The notes under the pieces: generated by a model
Database searches by the model: none
What the model was told of the DNA's origin: nothing
The model's input: the letters and a program-made list of their open reading frames with translations, nothing else
NCBI GenBank assembly: GCA_024679065.1
Contig: JAGIQG010000005.1
Location: forward strand, 67,642,001-67,706,000
From: Sphyrna mokarran
Lineage: Eukaryota
DNA length: 64,000 nucleotides
Direction of reading: 5' to 3'
Translations under genes and position numbers: made by a program
Shown: positions 26,465 to 38,290 of the stretch, one piece after another
Layout of the letters: each line of letters starts with the position of its first letter
How positions within the stretch are numbered: position 1 is the stretch's first letter

Positions 26465-27859
26465 AGCTTGTATTAGCCCATGTTGACAGTGCTGAAATAG
26501 TTAACTGGCAGGTACACGAGTTGTCAAAACTTGTGGTCAACTCTTAATAGACTAACCAGTTAATTATTTTGTTAACATAATTGTATGCACATGCATGCCA
26601 CTTAAGTGTTAGCCGCTCACTTATCTGTACAGCACCTGCACTAACATAAGCACGAAAACAACACAGTCGCAGCATTAGGAGATCAGTGAACACATAAATT
26701 ATCATTCAAAGCAGAGATGAACAAATAAACTTCCGTTTAGAGAATCAATTTGATCCCTTCCAGTTTTTCTCCCCCACAGTTGAGCGAACCAATGAACCCC
26801 TGCCTCCCGCCATCTGCACACATTTTAATTTCTGACTACTTCCGTAATTTCCTGCTGAAAATGAAATACTGGCACTCAGAGTTTAATCTTGCAGCTCAAT
26901 AGCACTGCATTTCGGAAAAGAACCATTAGTGATAATTCTGATTATGCATCCACTACAATTATCATCACTGTTACATTACATTGGAAAAAAAAGTTAAATC
27001 TACTACTATCACCACTCATTAATTGAAGTTTCTCCATGCAGTTTAAGAGATGGAACTCAAAATGCAATCCACAGGTAACTTTCACTCCACTCATTTCTGA
27101 AATATCTCACAGCTACCCTTCACATAAATGAAGGGGTTCTCTTATAACCCAGACAAATCCAATTGGGTATAACCCTTTCCAAGATAGAATTCATTTGGTG
27201 AGCCACTGCAAAAATGGCCTAAAATCAATGTTTCAGTTGACATATTCTTAAAGTATGAATTAAACCCGTGCTCATCAACTCAGTTGGTGCTTCCAGGTCA
27301 TCTAGGTTAGCCAATGTAGGTTAACCCGAACAGATATCAGCCAATGTCTCAAGAGACTATTTACAAACAGAATAATCACAGTTCAAGCCAAAGGTTTCAT
27401 TGTCATCATCACCCTGAGAAATGTGTTGGTGAAAAAAAATTACAAAGTCTGAGATCACACGTGTACCTTACTATGAAATAGATCAACTGTCACAGTACAA
27501 TATAGATTCTGCCTAAACTAAGATTTACGGTAAAAACAATTTTTGGATTACTAGTATGATCTGACATTACCCCCTAAATTCCTATCTTATATATACTTCA
27601 GACATTGCATCTTGTGATCTTTTGGGGTGGATGTATTCTTAACTCTTATTCCACCACTCCCTTAGCTTCCTGAGCTTGAGGGAATTTAACACACATGATC
27701 AAGGAGCAGAGTGCTAAAGAGAAAGAGAAACAGAACAGGAATAAAAGAAAGAACAGTAAAACACAAAAATGGTAAACAGAATAATCAAGGGCAAAAGGCA
27801 AATAGGGTCACAGTACAAAGAAAATACAGGATGATTAAAGTTGACAAAAAGGCAAGCCT

Positions 27860-29135
27860 AATGGCTTTGTATCTTAAATCATGAAGTATTTGGACTAAGT
27901 TAACCAACTGACAGCACAAATCGAGGTAAACAGATATGATTTATTGCCATGATGGAGACATGGTTAATAGGAGATTAAAACTGGGGGCTTAATATCCAGA
28001 GATACTTTGGAAAGGCGGGAAGGAAAGAAAAAGTAACAGAATAGCAGAGAAGAGATTACAAGGTCAGCTATAAGAGGTGATCCAGGCTTGAATGATATGG
28101 AACTCATTTGGGTGAAGATAATACAGCAAGGGAAAGAAGACATTGGTAGGAAGGGTGTACAGATCCCCAAACAGTTGCCACACTGTAGGAAAGAGTATAA
28201 TTCAACAAATAATAGGAGCATGTAAAAAAAGGGCAATAATTTATAGGTTACTTTAATCTTCATGTTGATTGGGTTGATAAAGTTAGAAAGGGTAGCTATG
28301 ACAACAAAATCAGAGTGCATAATGGATAGTTTCCTTGAGCAATGTGCCATGGAGCCAACTAAACAGACCATCTTGGATCTAGCGATGAAGTAGGTTTAAT
28401 AAATGACCTCAACTATAAAAGATCTCCCAGGAAATGGTGATTGTAACATGAAAGAATTTAATATTCAGTTTGAGTGTGAGAAACTTGGGTCAAAGACAAC
28501 TGTATTTAACATAAATAAAGAGAATCGCAATGAAACAAAGATAGAATTAGCTGAAGTGGATTGGGTGGATAGATTAGCAGGAAAGACAGTAAGCAAGCAG
28601 TGGCAGACATTACAGGAATTAATTCATGATTCTCAGCAAAAATGTATCCCAGTAAGGAGGAAAGATTTTAAGAAAGGGATAAATCAACCAAGGCTAACCA
28701 AGTCAAGGAGAGTATTAAGTTGAAAGAAAGAGTATACAATGAGGTAGAAGTTTGTGATAGCCTCAAAGGCTGGGATAAATTCAGAATCGAGTAAAAAAGG
28801 ATTAAAAGATGAGAGAAAATATAAACTACATGCTGATAGAGTGTTGGCCCTCATGGGAGCAACCAGAAGGATTAATCTCAGAATAAAGACCAAGATGAGA
28901 AGGAATTTCTTCTCTCAGAGGGCTGAGTGTCTTTGGACCCCCTTGCCATAGAGAATTGCAGGGACAGAGCCCTTGTGTATTTTTTAAGGCTGAGATAGAT
29001 AGATTTGTGACTAGTAAGGAAATCAGTGATTACAAAGAAAGGCCAAGAAAGTCAGCATGAGGGATACTGGATTAGCCTACTGAATAGTGCAGCAAGCACA
29101 AGGGACTGAACAGTCCACTCCTTTTCCTATGGTTT
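27860..29135 (+). mobile_element. CR1 LINE with endonuclease region joined to the 3' end (internal deletion)
   Basis: EN motifs ('gatatgatttattgccatgatggagacatggtta', 'gtgtacagatccccaaacagt', 'ccatcttggatcta') run to about 28830, then jump to 'ttggccctcatgggagcaaccagaagg...aggaatttcttctctcagagg' and the 3' UTR. Confidence 0.8.
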
Positions 29136-30599
29136 TATTATGCCTTCGTGTCAACCAATGTGTAGATTAGGTGAGTTATCCATCGTAATTATGTGGGGTT
29201 ACTGGAAATATGGCTCAGGGATGGGCTTCCTGTATAATGGTATCAGTCAGTTAAACCACCTATCCTATAGCCACCACTCTCATCCAAACAAGCTGAGAAT
29301 ATCTCAAACCTATTGAAGTATTGACAACTGAGATTCTGTTCTTCTGTCCTCAGTCTCTTTTTCTGCTTCACTAGCAAGGTCACAGTGTCTTGTTCATGAA
29401 CAAATCAAAAGACCCTGTTCTGAGAGATATTAGTATTTTTCATCTTGTTCTCCATCTGCATGCTGATTGCCTTCTAGAGCAAATAATTCCCTCCCTTATG
29501 TATCTCAGTATCTTGTAGTTCGGCCTCAAGCTCAAACTCTGAGCAAAAACTATTCAAATTACAAACGCTTTCCGCAGACGTTTGCCTTGGATCACGTTGG
29601 CATCCAGGAGCTCCCGCATGCTGCAGCCATAGCACAATACCTGTACTGCCATAATATGTTCCAATTAATTATTAAATTCAATTTTATGTTCTACTTTTGT
29701 TTTTCTATAATCACACAAATTATTCCAAATTCATATTTAGCCAACATCTTTCACCTCAGTCACTATCGTGCAGGACTAGAACATCCCTTGAAATGCAAGC
29801 TCTCAAAACTAAACACACAACCCCAAATAAGATCTAAACTACTAAGTCATGCTTCAGGATATATAACTGAAGATTAATTTATATATTTATAACTTTTGGT
29901 GAATCTCAGCATTTCATGAGTATTTTTCATTGTGTTTTACATCTGCATGTTTGACTTTTAATGGGTTATGCAACTAGATCATCAATTCCCTTTTCAACCA
30001 CATTCCAAATGCTGGGCTCTGGTACGTAAAAACAAATCAAACAGACTTCAAAAGAGAAAACTGCAAATTATACATGATTGTGGAATTTTACAGCACAAGT
30101 AGTGACATCTGACTCTGTGTCTGCAACAATTGTCTGAAAGTTATCCATTTCTTTCAGACAGTGTTCCATCATTCAAATATATATCTCCTTTGTTTTCAAA
30201 ATGTTCTTTGTATCTGCTTCCACAACTGTTTCAAGTAGGGTAATCTGTAACCTAACAAACCTGCACATCGAAATATTCTCATACACTCTTTTGTTGTGTG
30301 GATGATTCTATATTTATATTCTTTAATTATTTACTTATTTAAGTAATCAAAAATTTTCATAATTCAGATATCACCTTAACTGTCACAACAAAGTAGAAGC
30401 CACAAGATGTTATGAAGCAGTTCTGGGGAAAACACATGACCTAAAAATGTTCACTTGTTATTTCCAACATTTTCTGTCTTTATCAGAAGTTGATTTGGTC
30501 ACTCATCATAACAAGACTAAGTCCTTCCCGGTTAACATTTCAGTTTCATACCTATGATCTTAGTAAACTTCCTAAGGTGGACAGCCTAAACAATACTGA

Positions 30600-33410
30600 T
30601 GGCAAAGTCCCTAGTTGGAGTGGACTAGGGCAAAGTATTCAAGAATAAATAGAGTGCTTACAATAAAACAGCAACAATAATTGTGGATAATTTCAACCTA
30701 CACATAAACTGGAGAAATTAGATTGGCAATAGTAGACTGGATAAGTTCACAAATTGATCTTGAGATGGTTTTCAGAGCAACATATTCTGGAACCAACCAC
30801 AGCAGGTAATTTTAGATTTAGGATCTGATTTTAACATCGGGTTGTGCCTGTTTTCGGGTATAAAAGCTTGGTAAAGTTAAGAATGAAGCGAGTAGCACAA
30901 TCCGCACCTGCCTCCATGTCAGTCCTCCCTTTACCAAGGCCTGAAAATGGCCGCGATTGGGACCATTAAATGCATTTAAATTGACTTAATGGGCTGTAGG
31001 GCCAACCTTACTGCACTTCCCCCTTTAACACCATATTTGTCCATCAGAATCGGTGCAAAAGAGACATGCTCTACGAAAGTCCAAAGTCCAGTTTGGGCAC
31101 TCCAGTTAGTGAGGAGGTAAGTGCCAAGCATCCAACTGTTTGACTCAGGAGGGGTTGGTAGTGGGTGGGTGTGTGTGAGGTGGGGGGGGAACGGTTGGGG
31201 TCCACTGCCACTCTGCCTGAGATCAATGAGGGGGAAAGGGGAGAGACCACAATTGGTCTGGGTGGCAGAGGGGGTGGGGGGGATAAAGGGTTCAGTAATT
31301 TTGTAGAGATGGGGCAATGTTTGTGAGGGCTGAGGGGAGGCGTTATCCAGTCCAGAAGTGATGTACCAAGGGAGTCATCTTCTATCACTTGCTTTTCTAT
31401 ACGTGTGCAGTTGGAGGCACCAATTGAAGCTACAGGATTTCAGACATATTAAGCCCCACATACAGGCTTCTGCAGCGTGATTTGGAATTGCTAATATCTT
31501 TTCAGGCAGAGTGCATATGGGGGCGCCTAAGAACAGATTTCAAAGTCGGATCTGAAACACTCCACATTTGAAAGTCGTCCAGTACTTAGAACCAAAATGG
31601 TAAAATAGGGCCCTTGGACATCTGTAATGTGCAGGATTAATTTAATGACCTCAGGATATAGACACTTCTAAGTAGCAGCAACCACAATAGGATTGAAATT
31701 TACATCCAGGTTGAAATGGAGAAGAGTAAGTCTAAGACTAGTATTTTAAACTTCAACAAGGGCAACTGTGTGTGCATGAAAGGTAAGCTAGCTGGAGTGA
31801 ACTGGCTAGAGGATTAGATCAATAGGGAAACAACGGAAGGCATTTAAGGAGATACGTAATTAGCATACATATATTCCCACTATAAACAAACATTCTAAAG
31901 GAAGGAGCCACTGTCCGTGATTAGCTAAAGTACTTGAGGAAAGCATCAAACTTAAGAGGGAAAGAAAGGATATAATTGCACTAAGATGAGTGGCAGGTCA
32001 GATGATTAGCAGGAATATAAAGAACAGCAGAGAATGCCAAAAAAGTTAATCAGAAGAAAGAAATTAAAGTACAAGAGGAAGTTAGCGAGAAATATAAAAA
32101 CAGATAGCAAGAGTTTCTGCAGGTATCTAGAAAGGAAAAAAAGAATAAGTGAAATGTGTGCTGATCCTCTGGAGAGCTAAGACGGAGAGTAAATGGTAGA
32201 CTATAAGGAAATGGTAAATTAAATCAACAGATACTTTGCATTTGTATTCACTACAGAGAATACAAAAAATCTCTATTAACAGAAAATTGGGAGATGGGAA
32301 GGTGAGAGAAACTTGGTGAAATTACAATCACTAGGAAAGCTATAATGAGCAAAGTGATAGAACTGCATGCGGGCTGACAAGTCTCTGGACTTGTCAGCCT
32401 AGGGTCTTTAAAAATGTGGTTTAATGAGTTTATATAAGCGTGGTATTAATTTTCCAAAATTCATTTGTTTCTTGAATGAATCCCTTACATTGGAAAGTAG
32501 TAAATCTAATCCTGTATTCAAGAAGAGAGTGAAGCAGGAAACAGTAAATTAATGGCCAGGTAGCTTGACATCTGTTGAAGGCAGGTTTTGAAATTTATCA
32601 TTAAAGAGGTTATGGCTGGGTGCTTATCTAAGCTCATTGGAAAGAATCAGCATGATTTTATGAAAGGTAAATCATGGTTAATCAATTTACTCAAATTTTC
32701 CGAGAGTAACATGTTGTAGATAGAGGAAAGCCAGCAGACGTACTGTACTTGGATTTCCAGAAAGTATTTGCTAAGGTGTCAAATGCAAGATTATTGCAAA
32801 AGATAAAAGCTTTGTGGTGTAGGGGGTAATATATTAGCCTGGACTGAAGATTGGCTTGCTGACAGCAAACAAAAATGCAAAAGTGAGTTTTTTTCCTGAT
32901 ATGGCGAGTGGCGTCCTGCAGGTTATATGTTGGGACCTCAACTTTTTACACTATACATCAATGACTTAGATGAGGGGAGTGAAGGTATGGTAACTAAATT
33001 TTCAGATGACACAAAGATAGGTAAATAGGAAAGCATGTTGTGAAGAAGGCAGCTGGAACTTGTAGAAAGACATAGGTTGAGTGAGGGGGAAAAATCTGTC
33101 AGATGGAGCTTAATATGGGAAAATGTAAAATTGTTCGCTTTAGCAGGAAGAATAAAAAAAAATCATTACTTAAGTGAAGAATGACTGCAGAATTCTGAGG
33201 TGCAGTGATTTAGGTGGTCTTGAGCATGACTAACAAAAAGTTAGTATGTAACTACAGCATGTAATCAAGAAGGCTAATGGAATGCTATCCTTTATTAAGT
33301 GATGAATTCAACTTAAAAGTAAGAATGTTGTGCTTCAGTCATACAGGATATTGTTGAGATTTCATCTCAAATACTGCATGCAGTTTTGGTCTCCTTATTT
33401 CAGAGGAGTT
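30600..33410 (+). mobile_element. CR1 LINE, long decayed ORF2 fragment (EN to RT), split by a MITE
   Basis: 'gataatttcaaccta' (GDFN-like), 'aatcagcatgatttt', 'tacttggatttccagaaagtatttg', 'tacatcaatgacttagatga...aaattttcagatgacacaaag' (YINDLD...KFSDDTK), 'cagttttggtctccttat'. Confidence 0.85.
30821..31613. mobile_element. MITE/non-autonomous DNA transposon inserted into CR1
   Basis: Termini 'ggatctgattttaac' and 'gtaaaatagggccc' are imperfect inverted repeats. CR1 sequence resumes on both sides. G-rich interior. Confidence 0.6.
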
Positions 33411-33559
33411 TTAGTAAATTGTGTAGCCTGATAGGTATTCATAAAGACATCAGTAAAATCTGTGGGAGCAGCAAAGAACAGGATATGCAACCTTGGAACA
33501 AACGTAGGGAGTGATTAGAAAGTGGCTGTTGCTATGCCTTAAACAGACGATGATTAAAA

Positions 33560-33845
33560 TCCCTATGCTGCAGAGGAAGACCAATCAGCCCAGCGAGTCG
33601 CGTGGACCCTCCAAAAGAGCATTCTACCTAGCCCCACTCCCTGCCCTATCTCTATAATCCCATGCATTGATCATGGTCAATGCACGTAGCCTGCACATCA
33701 GTGGACAATGAGGGGAAACCCAGTGGAAATTCATACAAACGTGGCAGAACATGTGAACTTCACACAGATAGTTATCAGAGGCTGGAATCGAACCTGGGTC
33801 CCTGGTGCAGTGAGACAGCAGCATGAACCACTGTGCCACTGTGAT
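33560..33845 (-). mobile_element. HE1-type V-SINE
   Basis: 'gctggaatcgaacctgggtccctggtgcagtgagacagcagcatgaaccactgtgccac' is the reverse complement of the tRNA head. V domain and tail are present. Confidence 0.85.
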
Positions 33846-34334
33846 TGAACACAGATCCCTATACATTGTGTCCCTGAGAGAATTACAAACCCCTGACAGA
33901 GGCAAGACTCTCAGTATTCATGACCAAAAATATAATGATTTGTCTTTGGAGTATCTAACTGGAAAAACGATCAGTACCAATAGGATCGCTATAATGAGAA
34001 GAGACATATCGGCAGCAGTAATTTGGGATTAATCACTGTAGAAGCAAAACTTAGATATCAGAATGAAACTTAGTAGCAAGGAATCTGATCAGTTTGGATA
34101 TTTTATGAAGTTTGATACCTTTTGAATACCTGTTTGTATAAGGGAGTGGGTCAAAGCTTGGTGACTTTGTAACAAAGTCAGTCAGAGATTAGTTATTTTG
34201 TATGTAAAGACAAAGGTCAAATAGCAGAAACATGACTTACGCAGTTTAATGATTTTTTTAAATTCTTCCTGCCAAAGAGAACAAATTTACATTTTCTCAT
34301 ATTCTGCACCAAATCTCTGACAGAGCTTCTTACC

Positions 34335-34558
34335 CAGGCCCTATAGCTCCAACCCTACGTATTTATCCCACTAATTCCTCAGCTTATAAATGTTGGGAGA
34401 CCAAGGGACAATTCAGCATACCAATCCACCTAACCATTACATCTTTGGACTGTGGGAAGAAACCAAAGCATCCAGAAGAGAATGTGCAGACTCCACACAG
34501 GCCAGAATTGAACTTAGGCCCTTGGAGCTGTAGTGCAGCAGTGGTAACCACTGTGGCT
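34335..34558 (-). mobile_element. HE1-type V-SINE, decayed
   Basis: 'ccaatccacctaacc...atctttggactgtgggaagaaacc...gaatgtgcagactccacacag...agaattgaac...gtaaccactgtg'. Confidence 0.85.
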
Positions 34559-35007
34559 ATTCATGCAGCTTTCCAGAACTGAAGAAAACTTCGAAATTGA
34601 AGGATATTTGATGTATAATTTTATCTGATAAGAGGCCGTATCTGTGCCATGGAGATGTGAGGAGTTTGACGAGATTCTTCATTTTGATTTCAGTGAATTC
34701 AGTTAGGGTATAATAAACTGATAAGACTGGTTGAGTGAAGCAGCAAAGAGACTGTAACAGCTTTGCATCTGAAGTAGCTTGTAGCTTTCTGGATGGTTCA
34801 TAGCTTCTTAGTAATCAAGTAGTAAAGTCAGAGCTGAACCTGAAAATAAGTATATGGTAGATCTATCATCCACAAGGCAGTCTGAGATTAGGAACTGGTA
34901 TTCAGCACATGATCAAGTTGGCAAGGGGAAGAATAACTAGCTGTATGGAAAAAAAGGACATTTGCATTAATCTTCTGATAGTACAGAATTGAGAATTCCT
35001 AACAGAT

Positions 35008-35139
35008 TTGTCAAAACTTCCTATCTTGCATTCATCAGAAAACTTTGCAAGAATACCAGCATCAGCTCCATAAACTATTTTCCTCTTATCGCTACTCTTG
35101 CAAGATGTCCTGATGAGTGCAAGGAGAAAAACTTCAACA
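35008..35139. repeat. Fold-back mini-element: ~50-bp inverted arms each carrying a hammerhead-like motif
   Basis: Left arm 35008-35057 reverse-complements to 'ggtattcttgcaaagttttCTGATGAatgcaagataggaagttttgacaa'. Right arm 35091-35139 reads 'gctactcttgcaagatgtcCTGATGAgtgcaaggaGAAAaacTTCaaca'. Confidence 0.75.
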
Positions 35140-37174
35140 GGCTTTTTCAGCAATATTCAGTTAATATTGTTGAAATTCTGGAAACAATAAACTTGTTTGC
35201 AGCTTGAAATCATAGCAGCTTTTGAATTTGAAAACCAAAGGGATTTTCTGATGTTTTAAGCAACAATGCAGAAGTTGCAAGGAAACTCATACTTGAGTTA
35301 TGTAATTCAGAGTCTTAAGGTCAATAGAGAAATTGGAAGGTTGCCGAGCCAAAAGTTAATGGAAAGAGCACAATGAAATCTCATACCCAATCTAATGGCT
35401 GAAACAATGAAGGGAAATAAGCAGTCTGGAATTTTTTGAGTCACTGGGAATGGGGTATGATGTTTGAGTCAATCCCAGGAAAAATAAGTGAAACTTAAAG
35501 ATTTCAAAAGGAATGAAAAATCTTCGTGGGAAATAGAAAATAGAGCTGAGTTATAGCAAAAGTTTTTATAGAGTGTCAAGTTAAGAGTGATTATTTAATT
35601 ATTTTTACATATATAATAAATTTTCCTTTGGTTTAAAAATGTGAATTCTTATGGTGTGGTTCTCTCAGTTAATTGTTGGGTGTTTTGGTTTCTTCTTTAC
35701 AGTTTCGTGGTCCCTAATAGGGTTGCAACAGTACATAAACCAGCAGACTGTGTGTCATAGTATATTGATTTATGTTGTGTGACATACGATATATTAGCAT
35801 GGCCATTGTCATGACAAGTAAATAAAGCAAACTGTGTCAGCAATATATTAGATTGAGTTACTTACACACTTGTAAATCAGGCGACACAATTACATAATAA
35901 ATTCTATTTATTTCCCTATTTAAAGCCCAGAAGATGCAGATCGGAGGACAGTAGGGAAGACAAATTGCAAAAGCTACATGTGTTATTAGTTGGATAAATG
36001 GGGGCCAGTGGACTAAATAGTAATTTGGAGGATTGAATTTGAAAGCAGGAACCAGAGTAAGAGAATAATGCAGATACAACCATCTCCAAGGAGGAGGAAA
36101 AGATTGCAGGATGCTAACATATTTGTAACGACTGACCCTGGTGTTTGTGAGCACTGGGAATGGGGTACCATGTTTGTTAATGGGGGATTGCAATTCCAGA
36201 TAGAAACAATGCTGGACATGAGGTCGGAAAGATGCAGGACAAATCAAAAGATCGTAATACTGGAAGGAAGGTGACATTAACAATGCAATTGCTAGGGAGG
36301 CAGAAACACGAATGCTTTAGCAGTTACTTATGGAAGAAACAGAGTGAAATGTCTTGACTAACTGGAGTGCGTCCTGTCATGGTGGTGGCTGGTCCACATT
36401 TCATTCCTTTTCACCTCGAGAATTTAAGATTAAGAGAAAGTTGTAAAGGAAATAAACAAAATGTCATGTCTTTATACTTGGCCAAAGAATTACAACTTCT
36501 GATTTATCTTCATTATTCATAGCCACCTTAGCTTAATATTAAACAGCAACAAGAAAGTATTTTCAACGTGAAAGGGAATCTCTTATTAACTCTTTGCTTC
36601 ATGCAAATAGAGAATCTTTTCCTTCCAGTTTTAGTTTGCGAGGAGAGGGCCAAAACCAACTGCTTAAAATGCTGAACAGCAAGAATAATTAGAATTTTCT
36701 CTTTGTAATACTGGAGTAATTGGTGACCCCAGCTTTGAACAACAACTGTTATTTATTTAAATAACTATACATATATACAGAGTGCTGGGATCTGCTCTGA
36801 ACTTTTACAACTCCAGGATTGATTTTGTCTGGGAATGCCTGAGCTCAGCGCTTCTGGATTTACACAACCTTTCAAAATTTCACCCCTTCAAGGGGCTTGC
36901 ATACACTTTTGTTTTCTAAAGCAAGTCATGCAATCAAGCTTCTCTGTGAAGTGAATTCTTAGTTGCTTCTCCTCTCTGCTATTTATGCTAGGTTCCCATG
37001 CCAAAGGCATGAGCAGCCCTGTATTTCCCTGTTTAAAGGATCATTCTTTAAGTGTGAGCTTCCATAGTAAATGTTGATAAACCATTCAAATATCACAGGC
37101 AACACAGCCAGAACTGATCTGTCCTTACCAGATGTGGAGAGGTGAATCATTCAGTTTATATGCAGAACTGGAGA

Positions 37175-37745
37175 TGCATATCCAGAGTCGTGGGTTTCTG
37201 CCACTATTACCATTTAGGCACCAAGTTGCAGACTCCCATAACCCTCTGGATGTAAGAAATATTTCCTCACGTCCTCCTAATCTTTCAACCAATCACTTTA
37301 AATCTATGACTCTTTGTCTTTGGCTTCTCTTTTAGGTCCTTCTCATCTACTCTATTCAAGTCCTTCACAATTTTGTTGACCTCACTCAAATTTCCTCTCA
37401 ACCTCTTCTGTTACAAGAGGAACCAACCACAGTATATCCAACCCCTTTGCCATAGTTGGCATTTTCCAGTCCGAGCAATATCCCTGTAGATCTCCTTTAT
37501 AACCACCTTTTTCTAAGTCAGTGGCCCAAAACTCCACACAATACTCATGTTGTGACCTAACTAATGTTTTGTGATAGTTCGAGCCTAACCTCTCTATCTT
37601 TTTATTTTATGCCTTAGTTAACAAGCAAAAGGATTCCATATGCCTTCTTGACCAATCTGTCCTGCTACCTTCAAGGATCTGTGGAAATTCACTCCAAGGC
37701 TTGTCATAGCCTTTATGTCTCTCAATATCCTCCCAGTTATTACAT
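37175..37745 (-). mobile_element. CR1 LINE fragment
   Basis: 'aaatttcctctcaacctcttctgttacaag', 'ggcccaaaactccacacaatactc', 'cctgctaccttcaaggatctgtgg' are reverse complements of the CR1 ORF2 C-terminal region. Confidence 0.8.
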
Positions 37746-37809
37746 GCTACGAGCTGTTATGATGGTTTTCTTGTTGCATTTAAAACCACCCTTCCCTTCA
37801 AGTAGCCTC

Positions 37810-38290
37810 CATTGAATCCCCCACCAGCAACATCATAGGGAATTAGTTACCGTTGACCAGAAACTGAAGTAACTAGCCATATAAATACTGTGGTTGTAGG
37901 AGTCAGTCAGAGGCCAGGATTCCTAAGGAAAGTAACTCACCTCTTGACTCCCCAGAGCCTCTCCATCATCTACAAGGAACAAGTCTGGAGTGTGATAGAA
38001 CACTGTCACCTGGATGAATGCTGCTCTAATGACTCCAAAGAAGCTGATACCATCCAGGACAAGGCAGCTTGTTTGAGTGTTTGTGGAAGAGAGCCATTCA
38101 TTTTCTCAATGACTTATGATGCACAGTAGCTGCAGTGTGCACCATCTACAACTTACACGAGAGTAACCCACTAAGGTTCTTTCAGCAGTACTTTCTAAAG
38201 CCATGATCTCTGCCATGAAGAAGAATAACAGCAGCAACTACCACTATCTGCAAATTCTCCTCTGAGCCACTCACCAACCTTACTTTCCTT
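37810..38290 (+). mobile_element. L2/CR1-clade LINE, ORF2 C-terminal fragment
   Basis: TVDQKL..TSHINTV...SQRPGFLRKVTHLLTPQSLSIIYKEQVWSVIEH (ORF 37890-38129). Confidence 0.75.

Larger units (their letters stand above)
33860..35730 (+). mobile_element. Probable solo LTR, interrupted by HE1 (34335-34558) and the fold-back element (35008-35139)
   Basis: LTR-like composition, 'aataaa' near 35615 followed by a T/G-rich U5-like tract ending 'gggttgcaaca'. Family not identifiable by eye. Confidence 0.35.
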
